A model generated the notes under the pieces. That model was not told the DNA's origin, did no database searches, and saw nothing but the letters and a program-made list of their open reading frames with translations. A DNA stretch of 61,873 nucleotides, counting the filler, from Nemertoderma westbladi (taxonomy: Eukaryota; Animalia; Xenacoelomorpha), in the NCBI GenBank assembly GCA_032718475.1. It is 3 parts of 3 records of this genome, joined end to end, with 100 filler letters (N's around TTAATTAATTAA, not from the genome) between each part and the next. Parts side by side here need not be neighbours in the genome. Positions count along the whole stretch, not along the records: positions 1 to 23,975 come from JAUCBJ010005373.1; positions 24,076 to 52,689 come from JAUCBJ010001996.1; 1 more part is not named here. One strand, written 5' to 3'. This document shows positions 12,074 to 25,137 of the stretch, in pieces. Numbering within the stretch: the stretch's first letter is position 1; every line of letters begins with the position of its first letter. A program made the translations under genes and the position numbers.

Positions 12074-13239
12074 GTTGCTAATCTAGATATAGTCCTGTCT
12101 AGCCACTATTTATTACACACTTATTTCCACTGGAACGCCATCGAGATGACTTTAAACGAACCTGTCTTAAACCGACTACAAGAAACAGATGGGATTGGAA
12201 GATACAAACCAAGAGTGACTTGCATCTACCAAAAAACTGCCTCCCATTTAATGTAATACACATTTGCCTAGGCAAACTAGAGAGCCAGCAAGCTGGCTCT
12301 CTAATAAGCTGACTAAACAATTGTCTAAATGGTGTGATGATACATAGCTGACTTTGTGGCTTGCCCTACATAATAAAAAATGAAACTTTGCTGCCACTAA
12401 CAACCGAATATTTATAAGAAAATGCCCATGATTCACAACCAGATAAATAACAAGTTAGATTTACCAGTACAGGTACGGTTACCTTTCTTTTTGAAAACCA
12501 TTAGATTTAACAATTAATAGAAGTCTAGGTCGCGGCGAAAAATAATAACGCAAATTAAACAACCATACAATCGGCCTACACACTTTTTTATTATTCGAAA
12601 TAAATTCGCTAACAGAAAATATCTAAACTAATTTATTTATTTACTAATTAATCTAAACGAGAAGGTGAACAATTGTTTCTACACAATTAATTATGACGAC
12701 TTTTATGGGATATGTAATATTTACTGTTCAATAATAATTTACAATCTCCCATTCCAACACATTCCCAGAGAGTAATAATATCATCAATATAACAAACTAA
12801 GTGGATTATAATTCGATTTCTTCAGCCAAGTCCGATAGCTATTTTTCTGAAATTTATATTGCTAATTTAATTATTTGGCATATTCTGTTTGTGGCGCAGA
12901 CTATAATAATAATAACATTGTTGACATACAGTCTTGGAACCTTTCAGTCTTTCTCAGCAGTACTTTGTGGCTCGTCCCACATAATAAAAACTGAAACTTT
13001 GCTATGACAACACACCCGGTTCTTTTAAATTTGCGTGATTTGATTTATGCTCGCACCACTATTTGTAAGAAATATTAAAACTTATCTTACAGTATGCCAA
13101 TGTAGTAATGGTATTAAAATATAATTAAATTAATTTACACTATTAATGCTTCAGCTAAAAAATCGTTTCAGCTAAAAAATCGTATGTAATAAAAAAAATA
13201 AGAATATTTTTAATATGTGTATATGTAATATAGGTATTA

Positions 13240-13880
13240 CTGCTAAGTTAGGCAGTAGGCCAGAGCGGGCTCCTTAAATACATGCAACTACTGTATTATA
13301 GTGTAGGTCAACTATAAAACATTTTGCAATCCACAGTGAGTATCGACTGCAATAGGACACAACACACTGCTTTGTGTAACTAAAATTCATTATCCTGATC
13401 CACCCCCTAACATAGCAGAGTGAGTAACCTTATTGTAGATATACCCTTAGGAAGCACTGGGAGAGCAATCAGCTTATGGGGTAATACATTAGAAACCAAC
13501 AGCTTATGTGTGAGTAAACATTGCCTTTCCTTATAGCCTACTAGTAAAACTTGGCAACCAACACGTTTTTCTATGACTGTGTATAACATATTAAGCCATA
13601 TTTCATCATGAACACCAGCTGTTATTTTACCATTGCTTTTAATTTCGCGACAAAACAATGTCAAAAAACTAAATATATCGAATACCACACATAGAATCGA
13701 TCTGAAATTTTGTAACGCGATTATGAACCTCAAAAGCAATGTACTTGCAAAATTTCATCAAAATCGCCAGGCAGGAAGTGCCTTAACCTAGATAATTATC
13801 AGTCAGTCAGTATGTCAGTCAATGTAATGTATCCTGAAGATTCTTACAGTAAGTATCCCGCTGTCAAGCGGGCTCCTAAC
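13240..13880 (+). mobile_element. Helentron-associated (DINE-1/HINE-like) element
   Basis: AGCGGGCTCCT at ~13264 and ~13867; AAATTTCATCAAAATCG core; (CAGT)n microsatellite at ~13800; terminal hairpin CCCGCTGTCAAGCGGG. Confidence 0.5.
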
Positions 13881-14339
13881 AAATCATAATCACAATTACT
13901 GCGATGTGTGAAATGTTATTCTTATCCGTAACCTGGGAACCGGCCCAAAGAGCAGTGTATTCTGCGGAGGGGTCTTTCTGTATTACATAAATAAAATGAA
14001 GAACACTAATTATTTATACCTAATACATTCTCAGTTAGCCTAATGCAAACATCGGAGCAACCAAACCAATATAATGTACAATGTACATGTACAAGCTTCC
14101 TATGAAAGTTTGTGAAATCTTCCATTAAGTCTACCCAACAGCCGTTGGTACCCGGCTGGCTCCCTGTTGCAGTTTTCTGGTTTTTTTTAGTTTAATCAAC
14201 AGCTGTTGTAAACGTCCCAGATATACAAAACCTACTAAGACTTTACATTACAATTGACCTTAGCCTGATTTAATGACAGTATTATAACGATGACAATAGG
14301 CCCGATAGATACATATGATATATAAATGATGTACTGCTT

Positions 14340-14610
14340 GACATTACACTAACTGACTAAATAGAGATAGAACAATAATTAACGATATAATTAAAATACG
14401 TAACTCCAATTGACAACAAGTAGTGAAATGTTGTACACTAACTGACTGAATAGAGAATAACAATAATTAACGATATAATTAATATACATAACTCCAATTG
14501 ACAACAAGTAGTGAAATGTTGTTACACTAACGGACTGAATAGTGATGGAACAATAATTAAGGACATAATTAATATACGTAACTCCAATTGACAAGTAGTG
14601 AAATGTTGTT
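14340..14610. repeat. ~89-bp tandem repeat, 3 copies
   Basis: TACACTAACTGACT...AACAATAATTAACGATATAATTAA...AACTCCAATTGACAA recurs at ~14345, ~14434 and ~14523. Confidence 0.85.
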
Positions 14611-15099
14611 TAGCTGTAAAAGTGTAGTTGTGGGTATTTAATTTTATGTTCCATAATGTTGATAATATGCTAATATTTCGAATATCGCACATTGAATCGT
14701 TCCCAGCTCTTTTATTCAACAACTAGATACTATATGTAGAGATAGTCGCGTTTAAAATTGTTGCGTACCTGCTTGAATTTTTAAGATAATGGATGGTTAT
14801 ACATACATAACCACATCGCTTTTTAAACGGCTCAACTCTTGACAAGAACTACCTATTCTAACTATAAAGCTATCAGCCTGCTGCTGCTGCATTGCAACTA
14901 CATATTGAGATTGCTATGTTGGCTTGAGAATAAATTTGTGCTGCACAATGCAATCATGAATCGGCATGCTGCAATTCAGCTTGCAGTAAGAATGCAATAC
15001 CTTCTTAGCTTCAAAATTGCACCTCCACAACTTACTATCCCCCATGACTTTCGCGAGATTATCAGCATGTTCAGGGACAGTATCAGAGTCAATGTCACG

Positions 15100-16265
15100 T
15101 CATGTCAGGCATTCTGGGTCATTGATTCAGAAAACTTACCACCTCCATGCATCATAAAGGAGTTGCCACATGTGGCAGCATAGACCCTCGTACTAAAGGC
15201 ATAGTCATGTAACAAGGACAGGACCCCTTCGTTTTGGGATAGTTAAGCCCGTGGTCATGGGTCAAGAACACATATACTCGGCTACAGAGGTATATGGCCT
15301 GACCTGCGTGGTCTACGTGCGTAATCTACCAACAGCTGCTCAGGAGTATAGTGCTCTCTTCTCCCATTTGAGTGCACTACACTTCAGCCGGCACCTGGCA
15401 GCAGGGGTACAGGAAATGAGCTGCATAGCCAATAGGTATGGGTGATGGGCCCCATATCTGATTCCACTGCGACACCCCCACCCTTTAGAATGACAAAGCA
15501 GAAAGTGGTATTTGCCCGGAGAGAAGAAGCAAATCAAAAAAGCAACCCCAACCCCACTATGGATTACATTAGTAATGCAGAGGGAGGTCCTGTTGTCATT
15601 AGAGGCCAATGGAATTAACGGACACAATTGGCCTCACAGGCGTCAGTTATCTCCTGACCGGCTGCCTACCTCACCCTCTACTGGAGAGAGAGCGGCCAAC
15701 AATTCAGTGAGTCCCATTCATGGTGACCTTTCTGGCCCAAACCCTGGGTCACGATGGAGGCCAGATTGTGAGGGTGAGAAGGATTCAGGAATTTGAGGCT
15801 ATTCTTATGTTCCAACCTGACCAACAAAACCAGAGCGGTAAACCTGATGCAAATCACTAGACTAGCCTCAGTTGATAACTAACACTCGGGTGCCCAATGC
15901 GATAAGGTGAGCTGACTGCCTTGGCAGATAAGCTTTCTCTTAGAGCAGTGGATAATCAAGAGTACCAAATACAGACTGGTCAGACTGACGAGGTTCTGAT
16001 TAAGGAGATGGTGGGCGGTTGGCAACTTAAACTGGCATCATCTGCAGATGATAGTGGCGTGGCAATGGTGGAATATAGGTCAAAAATGATGAATCCAACT
16101 GCAAAGCACATCCAGCATTGGACAAAAGTTTCCTAAGGTTGTTTGATTGTGTGCAATTCTCTGGGGGTTTGGCCCCAGTAGAGGAGGTGGAAATTTTCTA
16201 ACACAATCTACAAGCAGCTACGAATTGAGTGGATCAGTATACATTCTTATTTTTCATGGGTTACC
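15100..16265 (+). mobile_element. Degenerate 5' part (UTR + start of APE) of an RTE-type LINE; same family as 52790-55520
   Basis: Colinear with the reverse complement of 54300-55520; LADKLSLRAV..QEY.IQTGQTDEV matches 54484-54888; cut by a TTAA element at 16266. Confidence 0.8.
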
Positions 16266-19200
16266 TTAATCCTATCTGGCCCGGGCTATTTTACATTTCA
16301 GTCATCATTTACATTTCAGGGTCATTTTAGAATTTTTTTAGATCTTGGCTTAAAAAATACAATTTTGATGGTATAAGGGTTTCCGAGGTCGCTGATAACT
16401 ATAAAACTTGTTAAAAATATTTTCTGGCAATGCAACCATCATTTTTGGTGCTATTTTGGGCCCCCAGGATCAAAAGTACAAGTAAAAAAAATGTCAAACT
16501 AAATAAATTTTTGTTTGGTTTGATAATTCTGAAAGTATATGGGTATTCGTGATCGCTGATCATGATGGAACTGTTATAAATATTTCTGGTAATGCTAAGC
16601 AAATTTTGGTGCCATTATGCGTCCCAAAACGAACAGTACAAGTAGCACAAAATTATAAACTCTTAAATGTTGCCTTTGGTTTGGTAATTCTGAAGCTATA
16701 CTGGTTTTCAAGGTTGCTGATCACGATACAACTCATTAAAAATAATTAGTGGTAAAGCTAATATCATGCTTGTCTGGTAGGATGAACAATTCAAGTACCA
16801 CAAAATTTAAAATGGCAGAAATTGAATTTGGTTAGATAATACCTTATTTTTAAGTGTCATAATCGTGATCAGCGTCCAAGAAAACCCATAATGTTTAAAA
16901 ATCAGGTTGATATTTGGTAATGATTTTTGATTATAAAATTTGTGCAACTTGTATTTTTCGTGCTGCTCATATCCAACACATCCACATCAATACATCGACA
17001 CATATCCAAAAATGCCCTAATCAACAATGTACGATATATTTCAGTGTTCATATTCGTTATCTGCATCCCGAAAAACTGATTTTTCATTATCATATTTACA
17101 TTACATGTATTATTCATGCCCCAGAGGACATTTAAAATTACTAAAAATTTTCTCGAATGTCATATTTGAATTCATTAAATATCCCTCCCTATATGCACTA
17201 CGGAGATCCAAAAACCAATATATCGCCTTAATAGTCGATAGCCGTAAAACGGCATTAATTATCACCCCATGTTTATTACCCACAAAGGTCAAGCTAACAA
17301 ACATTAAGGCCCAGCGGCCAAGCCAAAGTAAATCACATGTTTGCCATCTAACATGCCATTCAGTAAATGTATTATGCTTATATTGCTTGACCACTGTACA
17401 TAGGATGTGTCGGTGAGGCCCTATGTCATCCCAATTATTGCATAGTATTAGTGTGTATACAACCTTTAGGGTGACCCTATGCCAACCCAATCATTGTGTC
17501 ATTGGCTACAGGAAGGAGACAATATCCGATAACTTAGCCAACATTAGTTACACCCATCCGCTGCCTCCTAATATTATTAGTTGCAGTCGGATCCAATTAG
17601 AAGCCAGTATACTGAACCTGGTTGAGCCAATCAGGTTTTACCAATGGTCTCCTTCCTAAACATCATACTAGATGTATATTGTGATATGATCAGTGTTACT
17701 TGTCTACTTTGCAGAACAATGAGCCCGTAGTTATTACTGTATAGGCAAGGCATACTGATAGATGTAGGCCTACCGATTTAGGTAACGGAAACCTTATTCG
17801 CTAGTCAGGTTTGTGATAAAGGGTTCACTCAAGCCCGGACGTTGGGGATTTTAACTAATTATCTTTCTGCTACTTGTTCATAATATTTGAATATATGAAA
17901 GTAAAGACGACTACGGGATATTTTAACCCTCAAAGATCCCAGGAATAAAGACCCCCGCTTACACCCGTAACAACAGAAACTCTGAACCAGAAACTTACCA
18001 ACCCGTAAATAAACAAGTTACTAACTACTATCCATATTGTATCATAGTTATTTGATCCTCGTACCTGATGATTAACACCTGTATTGGATATTCGTTATTA
18101 GTTTCAATCCAAATGGACAAACTTCTTTGGAGATAGCGACAAAAGAACACAAACCTTAACCATTTAGGTAGTTTTTGGGTAAAATTAAAATGTTGTTAAA
18201 ATGGCCTATTTCAACCAAACGAAATTTTTTAATGAAATTTGAAAATTTATCTGCGCCCAAAGGCCCCAGAAAACATTTTAAAATTTTTTAAAGCTTTTAG
18301 GAAATATCATATTCAGAATATTGTGAGTCAAGCCTCAAAGTGACATCTACTTTTTGAATGATAATTCGCAAGTAATTTGTTTGGGGAAAAAGTAACAAAA
18401 TGTTTTATTATGATTAACTGCAATTTGTGTTGCAAATTGCAACACAAATTACAGTGCATTACAATTTGCACTGCAATTGTAATGTAATGTAAATTACATT
18501 ACATTTTTACATTACAATTTACATTATATCATTAATTACAGTTGCAACCAGGGCTCCCATCACTGCGCACTCTGCGTTATTGTAACGCATCGTGCTATTC
18601 CCTAAAGTTTACGTTATTCGACTATTATTGAGCAAATACCATGGAAATTGCGTTATTTTAAGATTTTCCATTTAATTGATGAAATTTATAAACCTTGAAT
18701 GTTGTAACTGAAATTATAGCTGTGGCGATATAGTAAAATTATTGTATAAGTTGCATGCACCTGTTCATTATGAAGGAAACATTCAGTTTGAGAATTTACT
18801 TTGAGAAGCGACAAGCGACCTTGGATTTTTATTGTTTAAGAAATAGAAATAGATTCTGAGAAATGGGTTTAATGATGAACTAAGAGATGAATTGAATGAT
18901 ACAGATAATAGGATCTTTCATCTTTCGACAATAACTTTCGACTTTGCCAAAAATGGTTGTAATTTAACGAAATAACTTCCAACTTTGTCAAAAATGATTG
19001 TAATTTAACGAAATTTTTCATCATTCCAAAAATATACCTAATAAAACAACTTTTTTTAGCAGTTTTATGCATCCTTTATGATGAATGTCCTTAAAAAATT
19101 GAAAAAATGCTTTTAGATTTGAAATCTCCATTAAATTCGGCACTGGATATGATCATAACAAATTTGAAAAATACAGGACCCGACGACTCCCCCCCCCCCC

Positions 19201-19739
19201 CCCCCCCCCCCCTCCCCCCGGGCGCAGTGGCGGTACGGCTAATTTCGCGTTATGGAAAGTCGCATTATGGCAAATTTCAGTGCCGGATTAACCTTAAGGC
19301 ATATAAGGCACGTGGCTTAGTGCCAGCCGAAAATACGGGCCATTTTTTCTCAGCGAGTCATTCCTGTGAAAAAAAATATTTTTATCTGAAAAGTCCACAT
19401 TTTTTGTCACTAAAATTTGTAGAAATCAGAGCAAGAATGTGCAACTTTTGACTACTTTCTATCCCTAATTTTGTGATAGAAAGTGCTTTTTTTTTAGAGA
19501 GATGTATATTAAACAAATTTTAGCAAATTAAACAAAATTAACCAAAATTAACAATCAATTAATTAATTACAACTATTTAACGCAATCCCAGCCTCGGCTA
19601 CAGCCACGCTCACGCCGGTCTCCCGCATCGTCTGTCTCGTTGCCAGCCTCGCCTTCGGCATCCGTGCACCCGGAGGCATATGATGGAGGAATGGAGGAGA
19701 GCGAAACTCAACTCTGATGAAAGAGATAATCTATAGGTC

Positions 19740-20790
19740 GGTCTATAATCTATAGTGCCGCATGAACAGATCGTTCATGAAGCTGCCACCATACCTGGCT
19801 GTAGGTGCCCTCCAGGGTAGTTGACAGTAGTATTGGGTCAAGCAATCACTGGTCACGTTCACTTGGTTGAGAAAAGTTGACCAGCATACAGACATGCATG
19901 CGCCTAAGGTCAATGTAGCGTGGAAGTAGACGTTAACGAAGTCAGCCCCGCCCTGGACGTTATTTTACTCGGCTTCCCATTGGGCCGTGCACTGCTTATC
20001 GGGCACGTCTAGCTCGAGGGTGCGTCATAGTACATTTGGACAGTAGGTGTAATTAGTTTCAGTGCCGCCCACCTTCCCAATGGCAGTCATTCAATGCGGG
20101 TATTCGGGTAAGACGGCTCCAGTTGCTGCGTTTGCAAGCGGTGCACGCGCCATATCAAACAGCAAGCCACCCATGACTTCACACCATCGGTAATACCCCA
20201 TGAGGTCATCTACTCTCTCGGAACATTTGTTTGCGATAGAGAATATCGCATTAGCCACGAGAGCATGGGGTATCGTTATCGGAAGGGGAAGGACTACGGG
20301 CACCACAGCGCCACGAGTCATCAGTATCACAGGGACTTCTGCTGCAGCTAATGCATTCGCGATCAACCAACCAGCCTGCCCGGCCATCGCAGCATGACCC
20401 CAACGAGGGAACGCGGTGAATGATTTTAGCACCACCTGCAGCTCCCACATAGTGTAATGAGCCAATAGCAGCATAACTGCCTGGCCATTAATTGCGTCTT
20501 GCACCATAAGTATTTGATACACCAGTGGGTGCGGCACTGTTATGTCAATGGGATTTATAGCTGGTATGGGCTGCGCAGGGTAATCTGCAGGAATGGCAGC
20601 CCCGCATGCATGATGTATTCCAAGACATGCATACATCAACCACATTCTGAAGTACATGCTGCTCATGTCGTGCCTCTTACTCGTCAGAACGAGGAAACCA
20701 AATAGATTGGTCCCCCACTCGCGAGAAAATGTTTGATGATATGTCCTTCTCGTTAGGAGATCCATCGCGGAAGAATCGCACGACGTTTGC
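19740..20790 (-). pseudogene. GC-rich Ala/Pro-rich coding remnant; candidate toti-like (Ghabrivirales) dsRNA-virus capsid EVE
   Basis: The 224-aa ORF 20091-20765 continues in the same frame past isolated stops to ~19744 (..NYTYCPNVL*RTLEL..LGACMSVCWSTFLNQVNVTSDCL..). It is intronless and compositionally foreign. The viral assignment is a remembered resemblance only. Confidence 0.4.
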
Positions 20791-20899
20791 TAGATCAAAC
20801 GTCTGAGTAGTTTAGTTTTCGGTTTTGTTGTCTTATAGACGGTCTTCTTATAGCCAGCTTGCTGGCTTTCTCGTATCAATTAATAGAAAAAAAGCCCAT

Positions 20900-21756
20900 G
20901 TAGGGAGACTTGACGCCCGAGTGTGACGGAGACTTGAAACCTTCAATGCTGACGTCTACCTAGAGATACACCCCCCACGTAGAGAACCATTACACCAGAG
21001 CACTCAAACTAGTTGATTGGCACTTACACCGACACAGCTATCAATGGATGGCTATGCTTCATGCAGTAGGAGTAGCCCCTCTCTAGACTAAACCAAACCC
21101 AGCCAAGTCAACCAAAATATCTTCCTTCCCTCTTTGGAATGTAGTAGCCCACCAACTTGGTGATTGACAACTTAAACAAGATGCCGCTAAGTCAGAAAGC
21201 GGCACACTAGAATTACAGGAAAACAATTAAAATGCTCCTGGATTGAAAATTATACAAGATGTTTATTATTAAAAAGTACCTTTCCGCGTTAAATTTTATT
21301 GCGGTTTTAATTAACTATTATTTATTTATTTATTGTTAGGAGAACCATGTGAATGACCACCTAAGTTTGTAAAAAATTTGGGATAATAATTTGACAAATT
21401 AATAATCGTATTTTTTGCATTTTTGCTGCTCTACTATAAAATAGACAATGTTGAACATGTAATTATTACACTTCTTCTGCGTTTTTGAACGAATTTACAA
21501 GTATGCGAGGTGGGGTTCAAGTCTCCCACCCTAGGTGTCAAGTCTCCCCCCATTGAGGTAGACTTGACGCTTTTTCGAAAATACGAATAACTGGTTTAAT
21601 TAAAAAAGTTTAAGAGTTGAAATTCTCAAATTCTCACATAATGATAGCAATCATATATCTAATGTGAAAAAGTTAAAACGGCATTGAAAAATTCATTTAT
21701 CTGTTCTTTAGAGCGATTATAACTTTTGGGTTTCAAGTCTCCCTCACTCACCCTAT
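20900..21756. mobile_element. Non-autonomous pogo/Tc1-like element
   Basis: Repeated GGAGACTTGA / TCAAGTCTCC motifs in inverted orientation (20905, 20929, 21516, 21538, 21733) ending in CTCACCCTA. Confidence 0.5.
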
Positions 21757-23319
21757 CAAGACGCATATGTCCAACTTCAGGGAATTTGTGGTCTATTTGA
21801 ATGAATCTCTTGGTAATTTTGAATGTGCGCCTGTGGCGCAAAAAAAAGTAGTGGAAATATAATAATGAAAAATCACCACGAAATTTAATTAATTTTATGA
21901 CGATGTGGGTTTTTGGTGATGCCGATCACGAAAATGACACTAATAAATATCGTACCTTGTTGATTACAGCATTTTTGGATACGAGTCAATGTGTTGCATG
22001 CAAAATACAAGCAGCACAACTTTGATAATCAAAATTCATCACCAAATCAACGTGATTTTATGACATAAGGGATTTTCTGTGATACTGATCACGAATATGA
22101 CAATAAAAAATATCGTATAATCCAAAGAAATTCGATTTTGACCGTTTGAAATTTTATGCTACATGTTTTTTCATCCCACCAGACAAGCACAAAAAATTAT
22201 AGTTTCATTACCTACCACGAATGATTTTTATCGAGCTTAACGAGTTACTCAGCGTCGTTGAAATAGCTTCAGAATTACCAAACCAAAGGCAAAGAAATTT
22301 TACGGTTTGAAATTTTTGATACTTTTACTTTCCGTTCTGGGGCACCAGAATTGCACCAAAAATTATGTTTGCATTTGTATAAATATTTTTAACTTGTTTC
22401 ATCGTGATCAGCGGCCTCGAAAACCCGTATACCTTCAGATTTATCAAAACAAACACAAAACTTTTTAGTTTGACATTTTTTACGTATAATTTTTATATAA
22501 TTAAAAATGATGATTATGAAAATATTTTTAACAAATTTTATCGTGATCAGAAACCTCGAAAACCCTTATACCATCAAAATGTTCAAATCAAAATCAAAAC
22601 TTCAAAACCATCAAAATTTTTTGCAAAGATCTAAAATAATTCTAAAATGCCCCCCCCCCCCCCCCCCCCCCCCGGGCCAATTAAGTAGAAAAATAGCCCG
22701 CGCCAGATACTGTTAATAATTTGAGTAGGCGTAACACAGTAAGAAAAAACATTTCAAATTGTCAAAAATTTCAATTGTCAAGTTTATGGAAATTTTATAA
22801 AATATACTTTTATTCTGAAGGTCAGGTTATTCTGAGCTGCTGTATAGAATATGTTGCATTATGGCAGCCGCTGCGCCGCCTGTTGGGAAATCACTGCATA
22901 ATTGCAGAGGAGATCCAGGGAGCTAAGCATGATTCATCGTTTAAATGATTCATTATTTAAAAGTGAAAATATGTATCAGTTCAGAACTTATCGGATGTCC
23001 TCCTTCGATGTTATATATTATTGTTTAGAATTTCCGTTATCCGGATTTATTTCTAACGCAAGTTTGCCTTTTTATAGATAAATTTAATGGAGGGTGTGGC
23101 TGTATAAAAAAGCATTACAGTTCAGTGATTGGTGGTTCCGTTAGGCGGTTACAGACATTATAATTCTATAGGTGGTGAATCATGAATTATGCATTAGAGG
23201 CCTATAAAGCTTTTTAATTTTATAGGTAGAAATAATTAATTATGCATTAAGGCTTTTAGTCTTATCATTATAGTTGCAACTGTATACAATAATTAATGTA
23301 CAAGTTGAAGTACAATTGA

Positions 23320-23560
23320 AATACTACTACTATTACAATATCGAACGAGCTTGGTCAGTGGAAATGAGGTCCTCCAGGCTTTCCGTTTCTCCAAAGTTGT
23401 TGCAATTTCGTTTCTACCAAGTCCAGTATCCCTTTCAAGTTGGTCTTTGTGTTGGTTGCCAGTAACGTAGATCTGGTATAAGATCAGCTTTATTTCTCCA
23501 GCATTTCTCCAGAATTGTAGTATGCTTCCATGTAGAGTTGGGACGACTTCTAGAACATAA
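23320..23560 (-). pseudogene. 3' end remnant of an RTE-type LINE
   Basis: KDQLERDTGLGRNEIATTLEKRKAWR resembles the RTE C-terminal motif; it is followed by a (TAG)n tail. Confidence 0.55.
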
Positions 23561-23975
23561 AAATTATTCATGATGCGAAGCTAGCATACAGTGTTAATTA
23601 TAATAATTTCAGTGATCTTTCTCCAGTGATCACTGCCTTATTGTGGCCAAGGTAAGAATTAGTCTGCGTGCTAGCAGAAGTACGAAATAGGCCTGGCCAG
23701 GGCATGACGGGTGTTCACAGTTGAGAAACAGGTGTGAGGCTCTCACCTCTGAGGCAACAGATCACTGCGAGGGCTATACTGCCATCACTACTGCCTTCAC
23801 AGAAGCAGTTTAAGTTAGCATCTGCATAAACAGTTCCTGAATAATGTGGCAACATGAGGTTGCCGCACGAAATAAATAGGTCAGTATATTACATATTAAA
23901 TTAAATTTATTTGTTTATATATTAATAGTTAATTTATTGTATAATTGTTGAAATTGTACCGCACTAAATAAAGTA

Positions 23976-24075
23976 NNNNNNNNNNNNNNNNNNNNNNNNN
24001 NNNNNNNNNNNNNNNNNNNTTAATTAATTAANNNNNNNNNNNNNNNNNNNNNNNNNNNNNNNNNNNNNNNNNNNN
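23976..24075. other. Artificial contig spacer N44-TTAATTAATTAA-N44
   Basis: Six-frame stop linker inside an N run; an identical spacer occurs at 52690-52789. Confidence 0.97.
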
Positions 24076-24563
24076 TTAATAAAAAAAATTTCAATAAAAA
24101 AAATTACAAAAAAATTCAATAAAAAAATTCAATAAAAAAAATTCAATAAAAAAATATGTTAAATTTTTTTCTTAAAAAGCCAGGTATTCATTTAATACTA
24201 ACCACTGCAGTTATATTATACTGTATAGGTGGCAGTACTCGGCCACAGCGAAATAGAAAAAAAAATTGCAAAGTAAAATTGAATTCACACGTGGCCGACT
24301 GCTGCCAAATACTTTCAAACACATGGAAACATGGCCTACAGCTGCCAAAATGTGTATTTCCTGCAGTATCATTAACTAACATACTGTTTTGCTGTACCGG
24401 TAGGCTTCCAGTATCCTGTAGTTCGAGATTAGTTTCAGTATTCCGGTACTGAAATTCAAGCTACGAGCCTACATCAGTAGGCCTACATACAAATCTTGTA
24501 GGTACAATGCGGCAGCAGTGATCAGGCCCGGGACGGTAGGTAATTTAAGGGTTTCTGCTAATA

Positions 24564-25077
24564 ATGGCATGGAATAGTGATTATGGTTTAAAATCATTTC
24601 TCAGTGAAACTGTTGCGCAAAATTGGTCTAGAAAAGAGTTGCTGCCTGCAGCAACTCCTGGAAAACATTTAGGATATAGAGCCATGAATTTGAAGCTTCG
24701 CACTATTTACAATATATGTGTTCCTCGTGATATTGTATATGAAATAATGAGAGAAGAGTACCCGGATGTGCTGGAAAAACGACGACTAGAAAACCGTAAA
24801 CGGGTCTGCACTGGAGCTTTCATTCAATTCAAAGGGTCCTTTGTGGTTAGTATCCGGGGATGGGCACGATAAATTGTACGGTTATCAGAACTCAACATTC
24901 CCCTTAGCTATTTATGGTTTCCAAGATTCGTATTCAAGAAAATTATTACTGCTGAGAGTTATGAAGTCAAACTCCTGTCCTAAGGTTATTTCGCGACTGT
25001 ATATTGAATTGATTACTACTTTGCAGTATTGCATGCCTGTTTTTCTTCGATTTGATAAAGGGACTGAAACAACAGGG
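24564..25077 (+). pseudogene. IS3EU-like (integrase-core DDE) DNA transposase fragment, copy 1
   Basis: PGKHLGYRAM...VPRDIVYEIM...KGPLWLVSGDGHDKLYGYQNSTFPLAIYGFQDSYSRKLL...FLRFDKGTET; 4-bp insertion frameshift at ~24821; breaks off at the viral insert. Confidence 0.75.
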
Positions 25078-25089
25078 TAACCAGTATAG

Positions 25090-25103
25090 GCAATAGCAAG
25101 AGG
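25090..25103 (+). promoter_or_regulatory. Orthomyxovirus-like conserved segment-terminal motif GCAATAGCAAGAGG
   Basis: Lies at the exact 5' border of the viral insert and starts 48 nt before the ATG; resembles influenza termini (A: AGCAAAAGCAGG; C/D: AGCAG(A/U)AGCA(A)GAGG) as recalled. Confidence 0.5.
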
Positions 25104-25137
25104 TTAATTAACAAACTACTATACAAACCCATTAACA

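Larger units (their letters stand above)
16270..22712. mobile_element. TTAA-flanked foldback (piggyBac-type non-autonomous) element with ~900-bp inverted arms and ~4.6 kb of nested interior
   Basis: TTAA|TCCTATCTGGCCCGGGCTATTTT ... AAAATAGCCCGCGCCAGATACTG|TTAA; arms ~16270-17170 and ~21800-22712 are diverged reverse complements. Confidence 0.7.

Noticed and set aside
23976-24075. TTAATTAATTAA as a biological motif or TTAA target
   Set aside because: It is an artificial six-frame stop linker within Ns, repeated at 52690. Adjacency across it carries no biological meaning, so the two candidate EVEs may not be linked.
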